Source of the DNA: Patescibacteria group bacterium
GTDB lineage: Bacteria > Patescibacteriota > Kazan-3B-28
Length of the DNA stretch: 64,000 bases
NCBI GenBank assembly: GCA_028717565.1
Contig: JAQUNP010000001.1
Coordinates: 229,996-293,995 of the forward strand
Reading direction: 5' to 3'
Shown here: positions 42,012-52,066 of the stretch, piece by piece
How positions within the stretch are numbered: the first letter of the stretch is position 1
How the letters are laid out: every line of letters begins with the position of its first letter
The notes under the pieces: model-generated
Seen by the model: the letters and a program-made list of their open reading frames with translations, nothing else
Told to the model about the DNA's origin: nothing
Databases searched by the model: none
Position numbers and translations under genes: made by a program

Positions 42012-44117
42012 ATGGGTAACAAACTAGGCGATCTCAACCCGGAGCAAATCAAAGCCGTTAAACAAATCGATGGGCCGGTTTTGGTTTTGGCGGGAGCTGG
42101 CAGTGGCAAAACCAAGGCACTCACGCACCGCATTGCGTATTTAATGAATGAGAAAAATGTCAGTCCACAAAATATTTTGGCGATTACTTTCACCAATAAA
42201 GCGGCTGAAGAAATCCGCAACCGCGTTAAAAAACTGACTCAGCTTAAAAGTGATAAACGTTTCAATATCAGCACCTTCCACTCACTTTGTGCCAAGCTTC
42301 TGCGTATAGAAAGCCACCTGATTGGCTTTAATAAGAGTTTTTCTATTCTTGATTCCGACTCGCAACTAACTGCGGTGAAACAAGCTATGGCCTATCTGCA
42401 GATTGATACTAAGCGTGTCGTACCAGAAGCCGTCCGTTCACATATCTCATCGGCAAAAAACGAGCTGATCAGTGCTGCAGAGTATGCTAACCATGCACAG
42501 GGAACCTTCCAGCGAGTGGTGGCCAAAATATATCCCGTGTATCAACAAATCATTGAACGGGCTCAGGCCTTGGATTTTGATGATTTGATTATGCGAACAG
42601 TGCGACTATTCCAAGAATCACCCGAGACGTTGGCTAAGTATCAAAATCTTTTTAAGTATATTTTGATCGACGAGTATCAGGATACCAATACGGCTCAATA
42701 TACTTTGAGCAAGCTCTTGGCCGCAGCCCATCGGAATATTTTTGTAGTCGGGGACGACTGGCAAAGTATTTACTCTTGGCGCGGAGCCAACTTTAGAAAT
42801 ATTCTGAATTTTAATACCGATTACCCCGATGCGGTGGTAATTAAACTGGAGCAAAACTATCGCTCTAGTCAAAATATTCTCGATGCTGGTCATGCGCTGA
42901 TTGAAAAAAATCGACATAAGAGCACTAAGGTATTGTGGACGGACCAGCCGTCTGGTGAGCCGATTACAATCTATGCCGCCTTAAGCCAGCGGGATGAGGG
43001 CGATTTCATCGTACGTGAGATTCAGCGTCTCCAAACCTTAGGCGCCTCATTAAATGAGATGGTAGTACTCTACCGCACCAATGCGCAGTCACGTAGTTTG
43101 GAAGAGGTCATGTTGCAGAATCAGATTCCCTATAAGGTAGTGGGCGGAGTGAAGTTCTACGACCGGAAAGAGATTCGCGACATGTTGGCGTATCTGACCT
43201 TGTTGGTGAACATCCATGACAATTTAGCGTTAGGGCGAATTATTAATGAGCCAACTCGCGGAATCGGCAAACAAACTTTGGCTAAACTCGAGGAGCTGGC
43301 TCAGGCCGATGGCAAAAGTACGTATTTATATATCTTGGAGGGCCGGGAGCTCCCGCCCACTGTGGTCGAGTTTAAGAAAATGATGACGCAACTGGAGACC
43401 AAAAAGAAAACCCTGGCTCTAAGCAAATTGCTGGACAGTTTGTTAGTCGTGACTCGCTATAAACAAATGTTGACTGACCAGGGCATAGAAGGGGAGACCC
43501 GCTTAGAAAATATCTACGAGCTCAAGTCGGTAATGGAAAAGTATGATCATCTGGAGACCGAGGAAGCGCTAACTACATTTTTAGAAGAAGTGAGTTTGAT
43601 TTCTGATATAGATAATTTGGACGCCAAGGCCAATGGCATAACCTTGATGACCCTACATGCCGCGAAGGGTTTGGAATTTGACTATGTCTTTATCGCTGGT
43701 CTAGAAGAAAACATTTTTCCCCATAGCCGAGCCATCTTTGATTCAGATGAACTAGAAGAAGAGCGGCGGCTGGCTTACGTGGGTGTCACTCGAGCCAAGA
43801 AGAAGGTTTATATGATTTATGCACAGGAGCGAATGCTATACGGTTCGTTGCAAAATAACCCGCCCTCAAGATTTATTGAGGACATCCCGAGTGAGCTAGT
43901 TGAGACCATCCGCCCTCGCGGTATGAGTCATCTAAATCAAACCGTCCCCTCCGGCCAAGGACGCAGAGCTATGGAACCAGGCACAAAAGTAGTCCATCAG
44001 CAATTTGGAGAGGGGATAGTCATCAGCAAGACAGGCAATGTACTAACTGTGGCGTTCAGACACAAAGGGATCAAGAGTCTGGCAGAAGAGTTTGCTCACC
44101 TACGCCTAAAGAAATAA
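42012..44117 (+). CDS. pcrA: ATP-dependent DNA helicase PcrA/UvrD family
   Basis: 701 aa; AGAGSGKT Walker A; DEYQDTN; QNYRS; VTRAKK. TATAAT (41999-42004) lies 7 nt before the ATG. Confidence 0.95.
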   Translation: MGNKLGDLNPEQIKAVKQIDGPVLVLAGAGSGKTKALTHRIAYLMNEKNVSPQNILAITFTNKAAEEIRNRVKKLTQLKSDKRFNISTFHSLCAKLLRIESHLIGFNKSFSILDSDSQLTAVKQAMAYLQIDTKRVVPEAVRSHISSAKNELISAAEYANHAQGTFQRVVAKIYPVYQQIIERAQALDFDDLIMRTVRLFQESPETLAKYQNLFKYILIDEYQDTNTAQYTLSKLLAAAHRNIFVVGDDWQSIYSWRGANFRNILNFNTDYPDAVVIKLEQNYRSSQNILDAGHALIEKNRHKSTKVLWTDQPSGEPITIYAALSQRDEGDFIVREIQRLQTLGASLNEMVVLYRTNAQSRSLEEVMLQNQIPYKVVGGVKFYDRKEIRDMLAYLTLLVNIHDNLALGRIINEPTRGIGKQTLAKLEELAQADGKSTYLYILEGRELPPTVVEFKKMMTQLETKKKTLALSKLLDSLLVVTRYKQMLTDQGIEGETRLENIYELKSVMEKYDHLETEEALTTFLEEVSLISDIDNLDAKANGITLMTLHAAKGLEFDYVFIAGLEENIFPHSRAIFDSDELEEERRLAYVGVTRAKKKVYMIYAQERMLYGSLQNNPPSRFIEDIPSELVETIRPRGMSHLNQTVPSGQGRRAMEPGTKVVHQQFGEGIVISKTGNVLTVAFRHKGIKSLAEEFAHLRLKK

Positions 44118-44126
44118 AATTAAAAC

Positions 44127-45005
44127 GTGGATATCGACCTGACCGACATCAAGACGATTAAGAGTTTATTAACTCACTATAATACGTCGGCGCATAAATC
44201 TTTGGGGCAGAATTTTTTAATTGACCCGGAGGTGCTAGACGAGATTTTGTGTGCGGCGCAACTTAGCAAAAACGACTTCGTGGTAGAAGTCGGCCCGGGT
44301 TTTGGGGTGCTGACTTTGCCAGTCGCCGATGCCGCTGGCAGAGTATTGGCCATTGAAACCGATAAAAAAATCTTGCAGATTCTAAAGGCCTTAAGCAGCG
44401 GATATACCAATATAGACATCTTGCCCGCCAATGTTTTGAAACTAGAAAGCCGCCAACTGTATGAACGTTACCGACTATGGCGCAAAGCCCGAAATAAAAC
44501 CACACAATACAAGCTAGTTTCTAATTTGCCGTATTACATTACTTCCAGCATCCTAAAACAGTTTTTGGAAACCGAATTCCGACCCTCTTTACTGGTAGTG
44601 ATGGTACAAAAAGAGGTGGCAGAGAGAATCGTAGCCAAAGAGGGCGAGAGGTCAATTCTTTCTGTCTCAGTGCAGTTTTTCGGTAAGCCCGAAATTGTTC
44701 GAATCGTACCCAAGACCTCCTTTTGGCCAAAACCAGAGGTCGATTCAGCCATTTTGAAAATTGTTCCTTATCCTGAATTGCCGCACAATGTAGATGATAT
44801 CAAACTGTTTTTCCGTGTAGTAAAAGCTGGCTTTGGAGAACGACGCAAGCAACTCCACAATGCCTTAAGCGGTGGGCTGGGTGTTGATGACACGGTGATG
44901 CAAAAAGTTCTGAAAGAAAATCGCATCAATCCTAAACATCGAGCTCAAGACTTATCCATCGACCAGTGGGTCAAACTCTATCACGCGTTGGAAAAAATTA
45001 TATGA
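44127..45005 (+). CDS. rsmA: 16S rRNA (adenine1518/1519-N6)-dimethyltransferase RsmA/KsgA
   Basis: GTG start; LGQNFLID, VEVGPGFG, NLPYYITS motifs. Confidence 0.9.
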   Translation: MDIDLTDIKTIKSLLTHYNTSAHKSLGQNFLIDPEVLDEILCAAQLSKNDFVVEVGPGFGVLTLPVADAAGRVLAIETDKKILQILKALSSGYTNIDILPANVLKLESRQLYERYRLWRKARNKTTQYKLVSNLPYYITSSILKQFLETEFRPSLLVVMVQKEVAERIVAKEGERSILSVSVQFFGKPEIVRIVPKTSFWPKPEVDSAILKIVPYPELPHNVDDIKLFFRVVKAGFGERRKQLHNALSGGLGVDDTVMQKVLKENRINPKHRAQDLSIDQWVKLYHALEKII

Positions 45006-46234
45006 TTAGCGTTCCGATAAAAAGACGCCGCCGCTTCCGCCACAGTTTCAGCATATCTCAAGACGGCGTTATTACAGGTGCGGCAGATAATGACCCGGCT
45101 GGCATTGCCACTTATTTACAAGTGGGGGCTACTACTGGCTTCTCTTTGTTGTGGCTAATGGTTTTGATCACTCCTCTGACCATCGCCATCGAGGAGATGA
45201 GCGCTAGGATTGGGGTGATTACCAAAAAGGGACTCGCCAGAATCATCCGAGAACGCTATGGCCCAACTTGGGCATATATAGCCGCCTTTATTGTTTTGCT
45301 CTGTAACATTGCCACCATCACCGCCAACATTGCTGCAATGGCGGAGATTTTATCTGTCTTCACTGGAATTAGTTGGGCTTGGTTTGTCCTCCCGATAGCC
45401 GCAGTGTTACTGGCGGTATTGATTGCCAAAAGCTATGCCACAATCAGTCGGTATCTAATCATTACCACTCTAGTTCTGATCTTATACATTATTACTGGCA
45501 TCATGATGCAGCCGTCTCTGTCGGATGTATTGGCTGGCGTTTTTAGGCCGGTGTTTGAACTGGACAACCTCTTTTTGTTGGCTGGGGTTGGTTTGATAGG
45601 TACCACTATCGCACCTTATTTAATCTTTTGGCAGGCAACTTCGGAGATAGAAGATAATAAACAGATTAAAGATTTGCGACAAGAATCTTTTGGTGTGGCC
45701 TTGGGCTTTATCTTCGCTGGGCTGGTGGCTTTCTTTATTATCATTGCAGCAGCTATGACATTTGGGGGGAGCGAGCTAATCCCGACCACTACGGAAGCTG
45801 CGTTAGCATTAAAGCCGTTAGTCGGACACTGGGCGTTCTTATTCTTTGCGATTGGGATTTTAGGATCAGGTCTGCTAGGGATACCCGTCCTGGCCTCTTC
45901 TACTGCATATGTCGGGGCAGAGGCCATGCGGTTGCCAGAGGGGTTAAGCAAAACTGTTAAGCAGGCCCCCGGTTTTTATGTGTTGCTTATTGCTACGCTT
46001 TTTGGGGCTGGGCTTTTGGGCTTAAGCAGTATCCCACCCATGCTGATGTTGCTATATAGTCAGGTTTTAAACGGTATTCTTACCCCCGTATTAATTATTT
46101 TGCTGATGCTCCTAGCCAACGATAAACGCATTATGAAAACCCACCGCAATGGATTTTGGAGTAATTGTTTGGGCATAGTCAGTCTAGTAGTTATGATTGG
46201 ATTTGATATTGCGTTACTTGTAACATATTTGTAG
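45002..46234 (+). CDS. NRAMP-family divalent metal cation transporter
   Basis: Polytopic, ~11 TM; DNDPAGIATY motif. ATG 45002 overlaps the rsmA stop (ATGA). Confidence 0.8.
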   Translation: MISVPIKRRRRFRHSFSISQDGVITGAADNDPAGIATYLQVGATTGFSLLWLMVLITPLTIAIEEMSARIGVITKKGLARIIRERYGPTWAYIAAFIVLLCNIATITANIAAMAEILSVFTGISWAWFVLPIAAVLLAVLIAKSYATISRYLIITTLVLILYIITGIMMQPSLSDVLAGVFRPVFELDNLFLLAGVGLIGTTIAPYLIFWQATSEIEDNKQIKDLRQESFGVALGFIFAGLVAFFIIIAAAMTFGGSELIPTTTEAALALKPLVGHWAFLFFAIGILGSGLLGIPVLASSTAYVGAEAMRLPEGLSKTVKQAPGFYVLLIATLFGAGLLGLSSIPPMLMLLYSQVLNGILTPVLIILLMLLANDKRIMKTHRNGFWSNCLGIVSLVVMIGFDIALLVTYL

Positions 46235-46888
46235 ATGCTGTTTGTTGTTGCCACCCCCATAGGCCATCTCGATGACATTACCCTGCGCGCACTCAAAACT
46301 TTACGCGAAGTGGATTTAATATTGGCTGAGGATACTCGGGTTACCCAGAAGCTACTGAAACATTTCGAGATCTCCACACCAGTCAAAAGTTTGCATCATC
46401 ATTCGAGCCCCGAGAAAATCCGGTGGGTAGTTGAGGAACTCAAAACCAAGAAAGCTATGGCTCTGGTAACCGACGCGGGGACACCAGGCATTGCTGACCC
46501 AGCGGGGCATTTGGTAGAGGCCGTGTATCAAGCTGGGCTATCAGTTGTGCCCATCCCCGGTAGCAGCGCCCTTACCACGCTCTTAAGCGTCTCGGGGATA
46601 AATACCGACCAATTTATCTTTGCCGGTTTTTTGCCCAAAAAGAAGGGTCGCCAAACTTTTTTTGCTAAGTTCAAAGATATACATATGCCGATTGTGATTT
46701 TCGAATCGCCCATGCGTGTTGTCAAAACCCTAGAAGATATCAAAGCGGCTTGGGGGTCACGTGAGATAGTCATTGGACGTGAGCTAACTAAGCTACACGA
46801 AGAAGTGTTGCGGTGTGATACCAACACGGCTATCAAATATTTCACAGACAAAAAACCAAAAGGGGAGTTTGTGCTAATTGTCCGTTAA
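46235..46888 (+). CDS. rsmI: 16S rRNA (cytidine1402-2'-O)-methyltransferase RsmI
   Basis: LFVVATPIGHLDDITLRALKTLREVDLILAEDTR; 217 aa. Confidence 0.9.
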   Translation: MLFVVATPIGHLDDITLRALKTLREVDLILAEDTRVTQKLLKHFEISTPVKSLHHHSSPEKIRWVVEELKTKKAMALVTDAGTPGIADPAGHLVEAVYQAGLSVVPIPGSSALTTLLSVSGINTDQFIFAGFLPKKKGRQTFFAKFKDIHMPIVIFESPMRVVKTLEDIKAAWGSREIVIGRELTKLHEEVLRCDTNTAIKYFTDKKPKGEFVLIVR

Positions 46889-46908
46889 TCTATAATAGAG
46901 TAGACAAG

Positions 46909-47118
46909 ATGAAGGCAAAGAAAAAAATTGAGAAGGCTGTCAAACAAGCTAGATCTACTAGCCGATTCAGTATTTTAAGGATGCCGGAAGATACAGATGA
47001 GGCACCACATTGGTTGTTTTGGTTGCTGGTAATTGCGTTAATCGCTTTATTGGCAAGCTGGATATGGGAAAGCGTTTCGCTCAACTCTAGCCTGCAGGCA
47101 TACCTGCCATACCTCTAG
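46909..47118 (+). CDS. hypothetical small single-TM protein (69 aa)
   Basis: Lys-rich N-terminus plus TM (WLFWLLVIALIALLASWIW). TATAAT (46891-46896) lies 12 nt upstream. A competing antisense ORF at 46890-47084 lacks signals. Confidence 0.35.
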   Translation: MKAKKKIEKAVKQARSTSRFSILRMPEDTDEAPHWLFWLLVIALIALLASWIWESVSLNSSLQAYLPYL

Positions 47119-47142
47119 GACAAACCTACCACCTGATAAAGC

Positions 47143-47171
47143 TTGACTGGAAGCTGGTTTTTTGATATAAT
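47143..47171 (+). promoter_or_regulatory. consensus promoter of the L,D-transpeptidase gene
   Basis: TTGACT(47143-47148)-17 nt-TATAAT(47166-47171). The ~65-nt leader contains GGGCGCCC and CCAAATTTGG palindromes. Confidence 0.65.
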
Positions 47172-47242
47172 GAAAACAATACTAGCGGGGGGCGCCCGTC
47201 CAAATTTGGCTGACAACGGTCGGGAAAAATAAAAACAAACCC

Positions 47243-48190
47243 ATGCACCTCACCCAGTTTAAATTTTTAGTAGTGTCCCTGCTCGGCTTCTCCATGGTAG
47301 TGGGGATTTTTAATGTCTCCAGCACCTTCGCAGGGATTAACGATCCTGACACCGATTACGTAGCAGTTAATAATACGCCGGTTTTAAGTATGCGGCCTGG
47401 TGAAACTCGACAGGTGAGCGTTTTATTGAAAAACGCCTCGGTTGAAACTTGGGGAAGAGACATCGTGAAGTTGGGAAGTGTTTTCTACACCGAAGATATT
47501 GATCGACCAAGTGCGTGGGTAACTGATGAATGGGAGTCCAACACGCGGGTGAGCGCAGACAACGAAAGCAGCATTAGACCCTTGCAGATCGCTGAATTCA
47601 CTTTTTCTGTCACAGCACCCGAGCGCACAGGGGTTTATCAAGAATATTTTCGCCCGGTACTAGAATACAATCGCTGGTTGAATGGCGCGCCGGTTATTTT
47701 GACATTCAAGGTAGGCGAACTGGGTGATGTGATGGTGGCAGAGGGAGCCGAGAAGGAAGTCCGCATTTATCGCCGAACTCAAGAAGCAGACCTGCTAACC
47801 GGCGGTGTGATTATAGCCACCCTGCCGATATCTTCAGGCGCTCCGGGTTATAGCACCCCAGCTGGACAATATTCAATCATGAACCATTATAAGGACGCCT
47901 ATTCGTCTGAATATGCTTTGTGGATGCCGCATTGGATGGGGCTATATAGTTTTCAAAACGGATTCCAAGGATACGGTTTGCATGGTTTGCCCTACTGGAG
48001 AGTAAACCCAGCAAGATACGAAGAGGGCATGGTTTATCCTGGTGGTCGGCTCTATACACAAGGTCGGCTCTACGAAGGTTATGAGCATTTGGGTAAGCCC
48101 GTTTCACACGGCTGCGTGAGATTTGGAATTGATGAAATAAAGGTTGTGTACGACTGGGCCGAGAACGGTACACCAGTGACTATTATCTAA
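47243..48190 (+). CDS. L,D-transpeptidase (YkuD domain) with N-terminal NBR1-type Ig-like domain
   Basis: Signal/TM N-terminus; catalytic HGLP...SHGCVRF motif. Confidence 0.9.
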   Translation: MHLTQFKFLVVSLLGFSMVVGIFNVSSTFAGINDPDTDYVAVNNTPVLSMRPGETRQVSVLLKNASVETWGRDIVKLGSVFYTEDIDRPSAWVTDEWESNTRVSADNESSIRPLQIAEFTFSVTAPERTGVYQEYFRPVLEYNRWLNGAPVILTFKVGELGDVMVAEGAEKEVRIYRRTQEADLLTGGVIIATLPISSGAPGYSTPAGQYSIMNHYKDAYSSEYALWMPHWMGLYSFQNGFQGYGLHGLPYWRVNPARYEEGMVYPGGRLYTQGRLYEGYEHLGKPVSHGCVRFGIDEIKVVYDWAENGTPVTII

Positions 48191-48223
48191 ATGAAAACCC
48201 CGCCTTCCAGCGGGGTTTTTGGT

Positions 48224-49213
48224 TTAGACCTTGTGAAGTTTGCGGATTTCTTTTTCGAGTGCCTTGGCTTCTTTGGGATTGTCTCGCAAATATTGTTTGG
48301 CGGCATCCCGACCCTGGCCAATTTTGGCTCCATTGTACTCATACCAAGCACCGCTCTTTTCAACGAGACCAGCATGTACCGCTAGATCGATGATCTCGCC
48401 GGTTTTAGCAATGCCCTGGTCAAACATAATATCGAACTCGGCTTGTCGGAAAGGAGGAGCCACTTTGTTTTTTACTACTTTAACCCGCACTCGGTTGCCA
48501 GTGGGGGTTTCGCCCTCTTTGAGCGTTTGGATTCGCCGAATATCCAAGCGAACCGAAGAGTAAAACTTCAGGGCGTTACCACCCGTAGTGGTTTCGGGAT
48601 TACCGAACATCACCCCAATCTTCATTCGAATTTGGTTGATAAAAATGACTGTTGTATGAGAACGAGAAACGGCTGCAGTGATTTTGCGCAACGCCTGACT
48701 CATCAAGCGGGCCTGCAACCCCATATGCGAATCGCCCATGTCGCCTTCGATCTCGGCCTTGGGGGTTAGGGCAGCCACTGAATCAATGACGATTAAGCCC
48801 ACCGCATTGGAGCGAATAAGTGTTTCGGCAATGTCTAGAGCTTGCTCGCCCGTATCCGGTTGAGAGATGAGCAGTTCTTTGGTTTGTACGCCAATTTTTT
48901 TGGCATACTCTGGGTCGAGAGCATGTTCAGCGTCAATAAACGCTACCGTGTCGCCTAGCTTTTGGGCTTCGGCCACCACATGCAAAGCCAGAGTCGTTTT
49001 ACCTGAACTTTCTGGGCCAAAAATCTCAATCACTCGGCCACGAGGCACACCACCAACACCAAGGGCGATATCAAGAGTGAGGGAGCCAGTGGAAATCGTC
49101 TCAACATCAAGCTGTTTGGTATCACCCAAACGCATAATAGACCCCTCGCCGTAGTCCTTTTGGATACCTTGGAGAGTTTCGTCTAGTGTGGGGACAGTGC
49201 TAAGTTTGGTCAT
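48224..49213 (-). CDS. recA: recombinase RecA
   Basis: [12 protein letters not shown] Walker A; VIDSVAAL; L2 region; 329 aa. Confidence 0.97.
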   Translation of the reverse strand: MTKLSTVPTLDETLQGIQKDYGEGSIMRLGDTKQLDVETISTGSLTLDIALGVGGVPRGRVIEIFGPESSGKTTLALHVVAEAQKLGDTVAFIDAEHALDPEYAKKIGVQTKELLISQPDTGEQALDIAETLIRSNAVGLIVIDSVAALTPKAEIEGDMGDSHMGLQARLMSQALRKITAAVSRSHTTVIFINQIRMKIGVMFGNPETTTGGNALKFYSSVRLDIRRIQTLKEGETPTGNRVRVKVVKNKVAPPFRQAEFDIMFDQGIAKTGEIIDLAVHAGLVEKSGAWYEYNGAKIGQGRDAAKQYLRDNPKEAKALEKEIRKLHKV

Positions 49214-49236
49214 AACATCAAAATTAAAAACGAATA

Positions 49237-49731
49237 TTATCGATAGTTAATAAATTGGAGTGGGAGAGCAACTGGCGCAGAAGCTTTTAACAGTGTCATG
49301 ATGGCCTGAAGCTCATCGATACTTTTCCCACTAACTCGGATTGTTTCTCCCTGGATAGTGGGTTTAACTTTGGGGAATTTATCGCGAATTAGTTTGTTAA
49401 TCTTTTTGGCGTTCTCGGCATCGATACCAGCAAGTAGGGGAATGTGGGAGCGAATCTGGCCACCGCTGGCTGGCTCGTTTTTGGCCTCGCCCAAAATCTT
49501 TATATCCAGACCTCGCCGCATAAGCTTAGTTTCTAAAATGTCTCTGACAGCACGTAGCTTGTGTTCATCGGCTGTGGTGATAGTCAGCGCCTTGTCTTCT
49601 TGCTTGATATCTGTGGGCACCCCTTTAAAATCATACCGCACTATGATCTCTTTGCGGACCTGATCCAACGCATTGGCCAACTCCTGCAAATCAATCTCGG
49701 AAACTATATCAAATGAATGTTCTGAGGCCAT
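49237..49731 (-). CDS. yajQ: YajQ family (UPF0234) nucleotide-binding protein
   Basis: [19 protein letters not shown]...RYDFKG N-terminus typical of YajQ; 164 aa. Confidence 0.85.
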   Translation of the reverse strand: MASEHSFDIVSEIDLQELANALDQVRKEIIVRYDFKGVPTDIKQEDKALTITTADEHKLRAVRDILETKLMRRGLDIKILGEAKNEPASGGQIRSHIPLLAGIDAENAKKINKLIRDKFPKVKPTIQGETIRVSGKSIDELQAIMTLLKASAPVALPLQFINYR

Positions 49732-49777
49732 AAAAATATTTAATTAATAGGACAAACCTGGAGGCACCGAGATTGTT

Positions 49778-49846
49778 CCGGTCCCACCGGAATGGGCTTT
49801 TGCCCATGAGCGTTGAGGGGAAAAGACCCCTCGGGTTTACCTCAAG
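49778..49846 (-). other. GC-rich cluster of three stem-loops directly after the ftsK stop
   Basis: CCGGT-ccc-ACCGG (49778-49790), ATGGGC-tttt-GCCCAT (49792-49807), GAGGGG-aaaaga-CCCCTC (49815-49832), plus outer TTGAGG/CCTCAA. No T-run. Confidence 0.35.
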
Positions 49847-49849
49847 GTT

Positions 49850-52066
49850 CTAGTAATCTTCACCTTCTCGAAATTCCTCGCCGGTTTCTTCATCAACATC
49901 TGTGTTGCCAAAAATTCGAGGGAGATCTTCTTTTTTAATTAATACATCGCGAGGTTTAGCACCCTCTGAAGGACCGATGATGCCCTTATCTTCCAAAATA
50001 TCAAGCAGACGGGCAGCCCGGGCATAGCCGATTCTAAATCTTCTTTGTAAATACGACGCCGAGGCCTTGCCCGTTTTGGCCACCAACTCGACTGCATCCT
50101 GAAAGAGATCATCGCCCTCGTCGTTATCGCTGCCACCAAACATATTACCGCCACTGCCCTTGCTATCTCGCAAGACCTCTTCAACATATTGAGGCCCGCT
50201 CATTTCGCGCAGGGCATTGCTGACGGCCTTGACTTCTTTGTCATCAATAAAGCAGGCCTGGATACGTTTTGGCTTCGAAGAGTCAGACGGCATGAAGAGC
50301 ATGTCTCCATTGCCAAGCAGTTTTTCAGCCCCGATAGTATCTAATACCGTTCTGGAATCAGTACCAGAGGTAACCGCAAAAGCAATGCGAGACGGGAAGT
50401 TGGCCTTGATCAGACCCGTGATAACATCAACCGAAGGCCTTTGAGTGGCGAGCACCAAGTGGATACCAACAGCTCGAGACATCTGAGCCAATCGACAAAT
50501 ATAGGCCTCTACTTCCCGAGCCGAGACTGCCATCAGGTCTGCTAACTCATCTATAACCAACACAATGTAGGGCATTTTACCGTCTCGGTTTTGACGATTG
50601 TAGCTGGCGATATCACGCACTTTAGCATCGGACATCGCTCGATAACGTCTGTCCATTTCCACCACTAACCACTTTAAGGAGTTAATGGTTTTGTGTGGGT
50701 CAACGATGACTGGCGAGAGCAAGTGGGGGACATCGTTATAGGTCGTGAACTCTACTCGTTTGGGATCAACTAGAATAATCCTCAAGTCCTCTGGAGAATT
50801 TTGGTACAAAAGACCAATCAACAAACTATTTAGAAAAACGCTTTTACCAGCACCAGTCGCACCAGCAATTAGCAGATGTGGCATTTTAATCAAATCGGTC
50901 GCCATCGGAGTACCAGCCACATCGCGACCTAAGGGGATTCTCAAAGGGGACTTGATGCTATCAAACTCACCGGATTCCATCACTTCCCGCAAACGCACTA
51001 AAGCAGTTTTTTTGTTAGGCACCTCGATACCTACCAGTGAACGGCCGGGGATAGGTGCCTCAATACGGATGGGGTGAGCCGCTAAAGCCAGAGCTAAGTC
51101 ATTAGTAAGGTTGGCGATCCGCGACAGCTTGATACCCGAGGCGGGCTTTAAAGTATATTGCGTGACAGTTGGGCCAACGTTGACCTCATGCATTTCCACA
51201 GCAATATTAAAGTCCTCCAGAGTTTCTTGGATAGTAGCGATATTGGCATTAATGTTTCCGCTATCAACTTTGGTGACCGCATCACTAAGCAGATCAATGG
51301 ACGGAGGAGACCAGTCGCCAGTTGGAGTGAACTGGGGGACAAACTCGGTTTCTTGTGCGGTCTTTTCTGACTTCGACTTGAACATGGCCTTGTAGGCCTT
51401 TTTTGCGCCATCATCTTCTCCCGCCTCTTCACCGATTTCAAAGTCGCTATTGATTTTAACATCAGGCATCTTTGGTATCTCTGGCAAAGATATCTTTGTC
51501 CGCAAATAGAGATCTTTTAGGGGCTGGCCGAAGGCAAACAAAAGCGAAATGGCAAAGCCCACCACAATAATTAAGAACGAAGCCCAGAAATCCATCAGAT
51601 TGAGTAGAAAACGACTAACCCAGAATCCCAAAAAGCCACCACCGCCACCTTCTTGAGCCAAAGCCAATCCGTTTTCTGGACCGATAAAGACATGCATTAG
51701 GGCGGACAGGGTGGTAATAAAAAGTAGCAAGCCAATCACATTGGCGGTTTTGAAATGGTAGCGCACGGGGTAGAAAAGGGCGACGCCAGAACCGGCGAAG
51801 AGGATAGGCATAATAAAGCTGGTCCAGCCCAAACCTAGACGTAGCGCTGTAAAGAAAATCTTACCCACGCTGCCAGCCCCCCCAAGAATGGCCAACAGAG
51901 TAAAAAGACCTAGCCCTACCAGTAGAATAGCGATTATCTCGCGGACTACCGCCGGATCTAGCTCTAGGTCAAAATTTAAATTGTCCACCCAATTGGTGGC
52001 CTTATTTTGGTAGGAGCGATAATTATATCTCCTAGTACCTTTTTTCTTTTTTCTTTTCCTAGCCAT
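49850..52066 (-). CDS. ftsK: DNA translocase FtsK
   Basis: 738 aa; N-terminal TM helices; motor domain GATGAGKS Walker A, VIDELADL; gamma winged-helix C-terminus. Confidence 0.95.
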   Translation of the reverse strand: MARKRKKKKGTRRYNYRSYQNKATNWVDNLNFDLELDPAVVREIIAILLVGLGLFTLLAILGGAGSVGKIFFTALRLGLGWTSFIMPILFAGSGVALFYPVRYHFKTANVIGLLLFITTLSALMHVFIGPENGLALAQEGGGGGFLGFWVSRFLLNLMDFWASFLIIVVGFAISLLFAFGQPLKDLYLRTKISLPEIPKMPDVKINSDFEIGEEAGEDDGAKKAYKAMFKSKSEKTAQETEFVPQFTPTGDWSPPSIDLLSDAVTKVDSGNINANIATIQETLEDFNIAVEMHEVNVGPTVTQYTLKPASGIKLSRIANLTNDLALALAAHPIRIEAPIPGRSLVGIEVPNKKTALVRLREVMESGEFDSIKSPLRIPLGRDVAGTPMATDLIKMPHLLIAGATGAGKSVFLNSLLIGLLYQNSPEDLRIILVDPKRVEFTTYNDVPHLLSPVIVDPHKTINSLKWLVVEMDRRYRAMSDAKVRDIASYNRQNRDGKMPYIVLVIDELADLMAVSAREVEAYICRLAQMSRAVGIHLVLATQRPSVDVITGLIKANFPSRIAFAVTSGTDSRTVLDTIGAEKLLGNGDMLFMPSDSSKPKRIQACFIDDKEVKAVSNALREMSGPQYVEEVLRDSKGSGGNMFGGSDNDEGDDLFQDAVELVAKTGKASASYLQRRFRIGYARAARLLDILEDKGIIGPSEGAKPRDVLIKKEDLPRIFGNTDVDEETGEEFREGEDY

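Noticed and set aside
46890-47084. 64-aa minus-strand ORF overlapping the 69-aa plus-strand ORF
   Set aside because: It has no promoter or SD on the minus strand. The plus-strand ORF has a TATAAT box and a plausible TM topology. Both remain low confidence.
47172-47242. Shared 11-mer CGTCCAAATTT between the L,D-transpeptidase leader (CCAAATTTGG palindrome) and the palindrome after rny (1668-1690)
   Set aside because: A single short match between two intergenic regions is compatible with chance in 128 kb of two-strand sequence. The flanking bases do not align.
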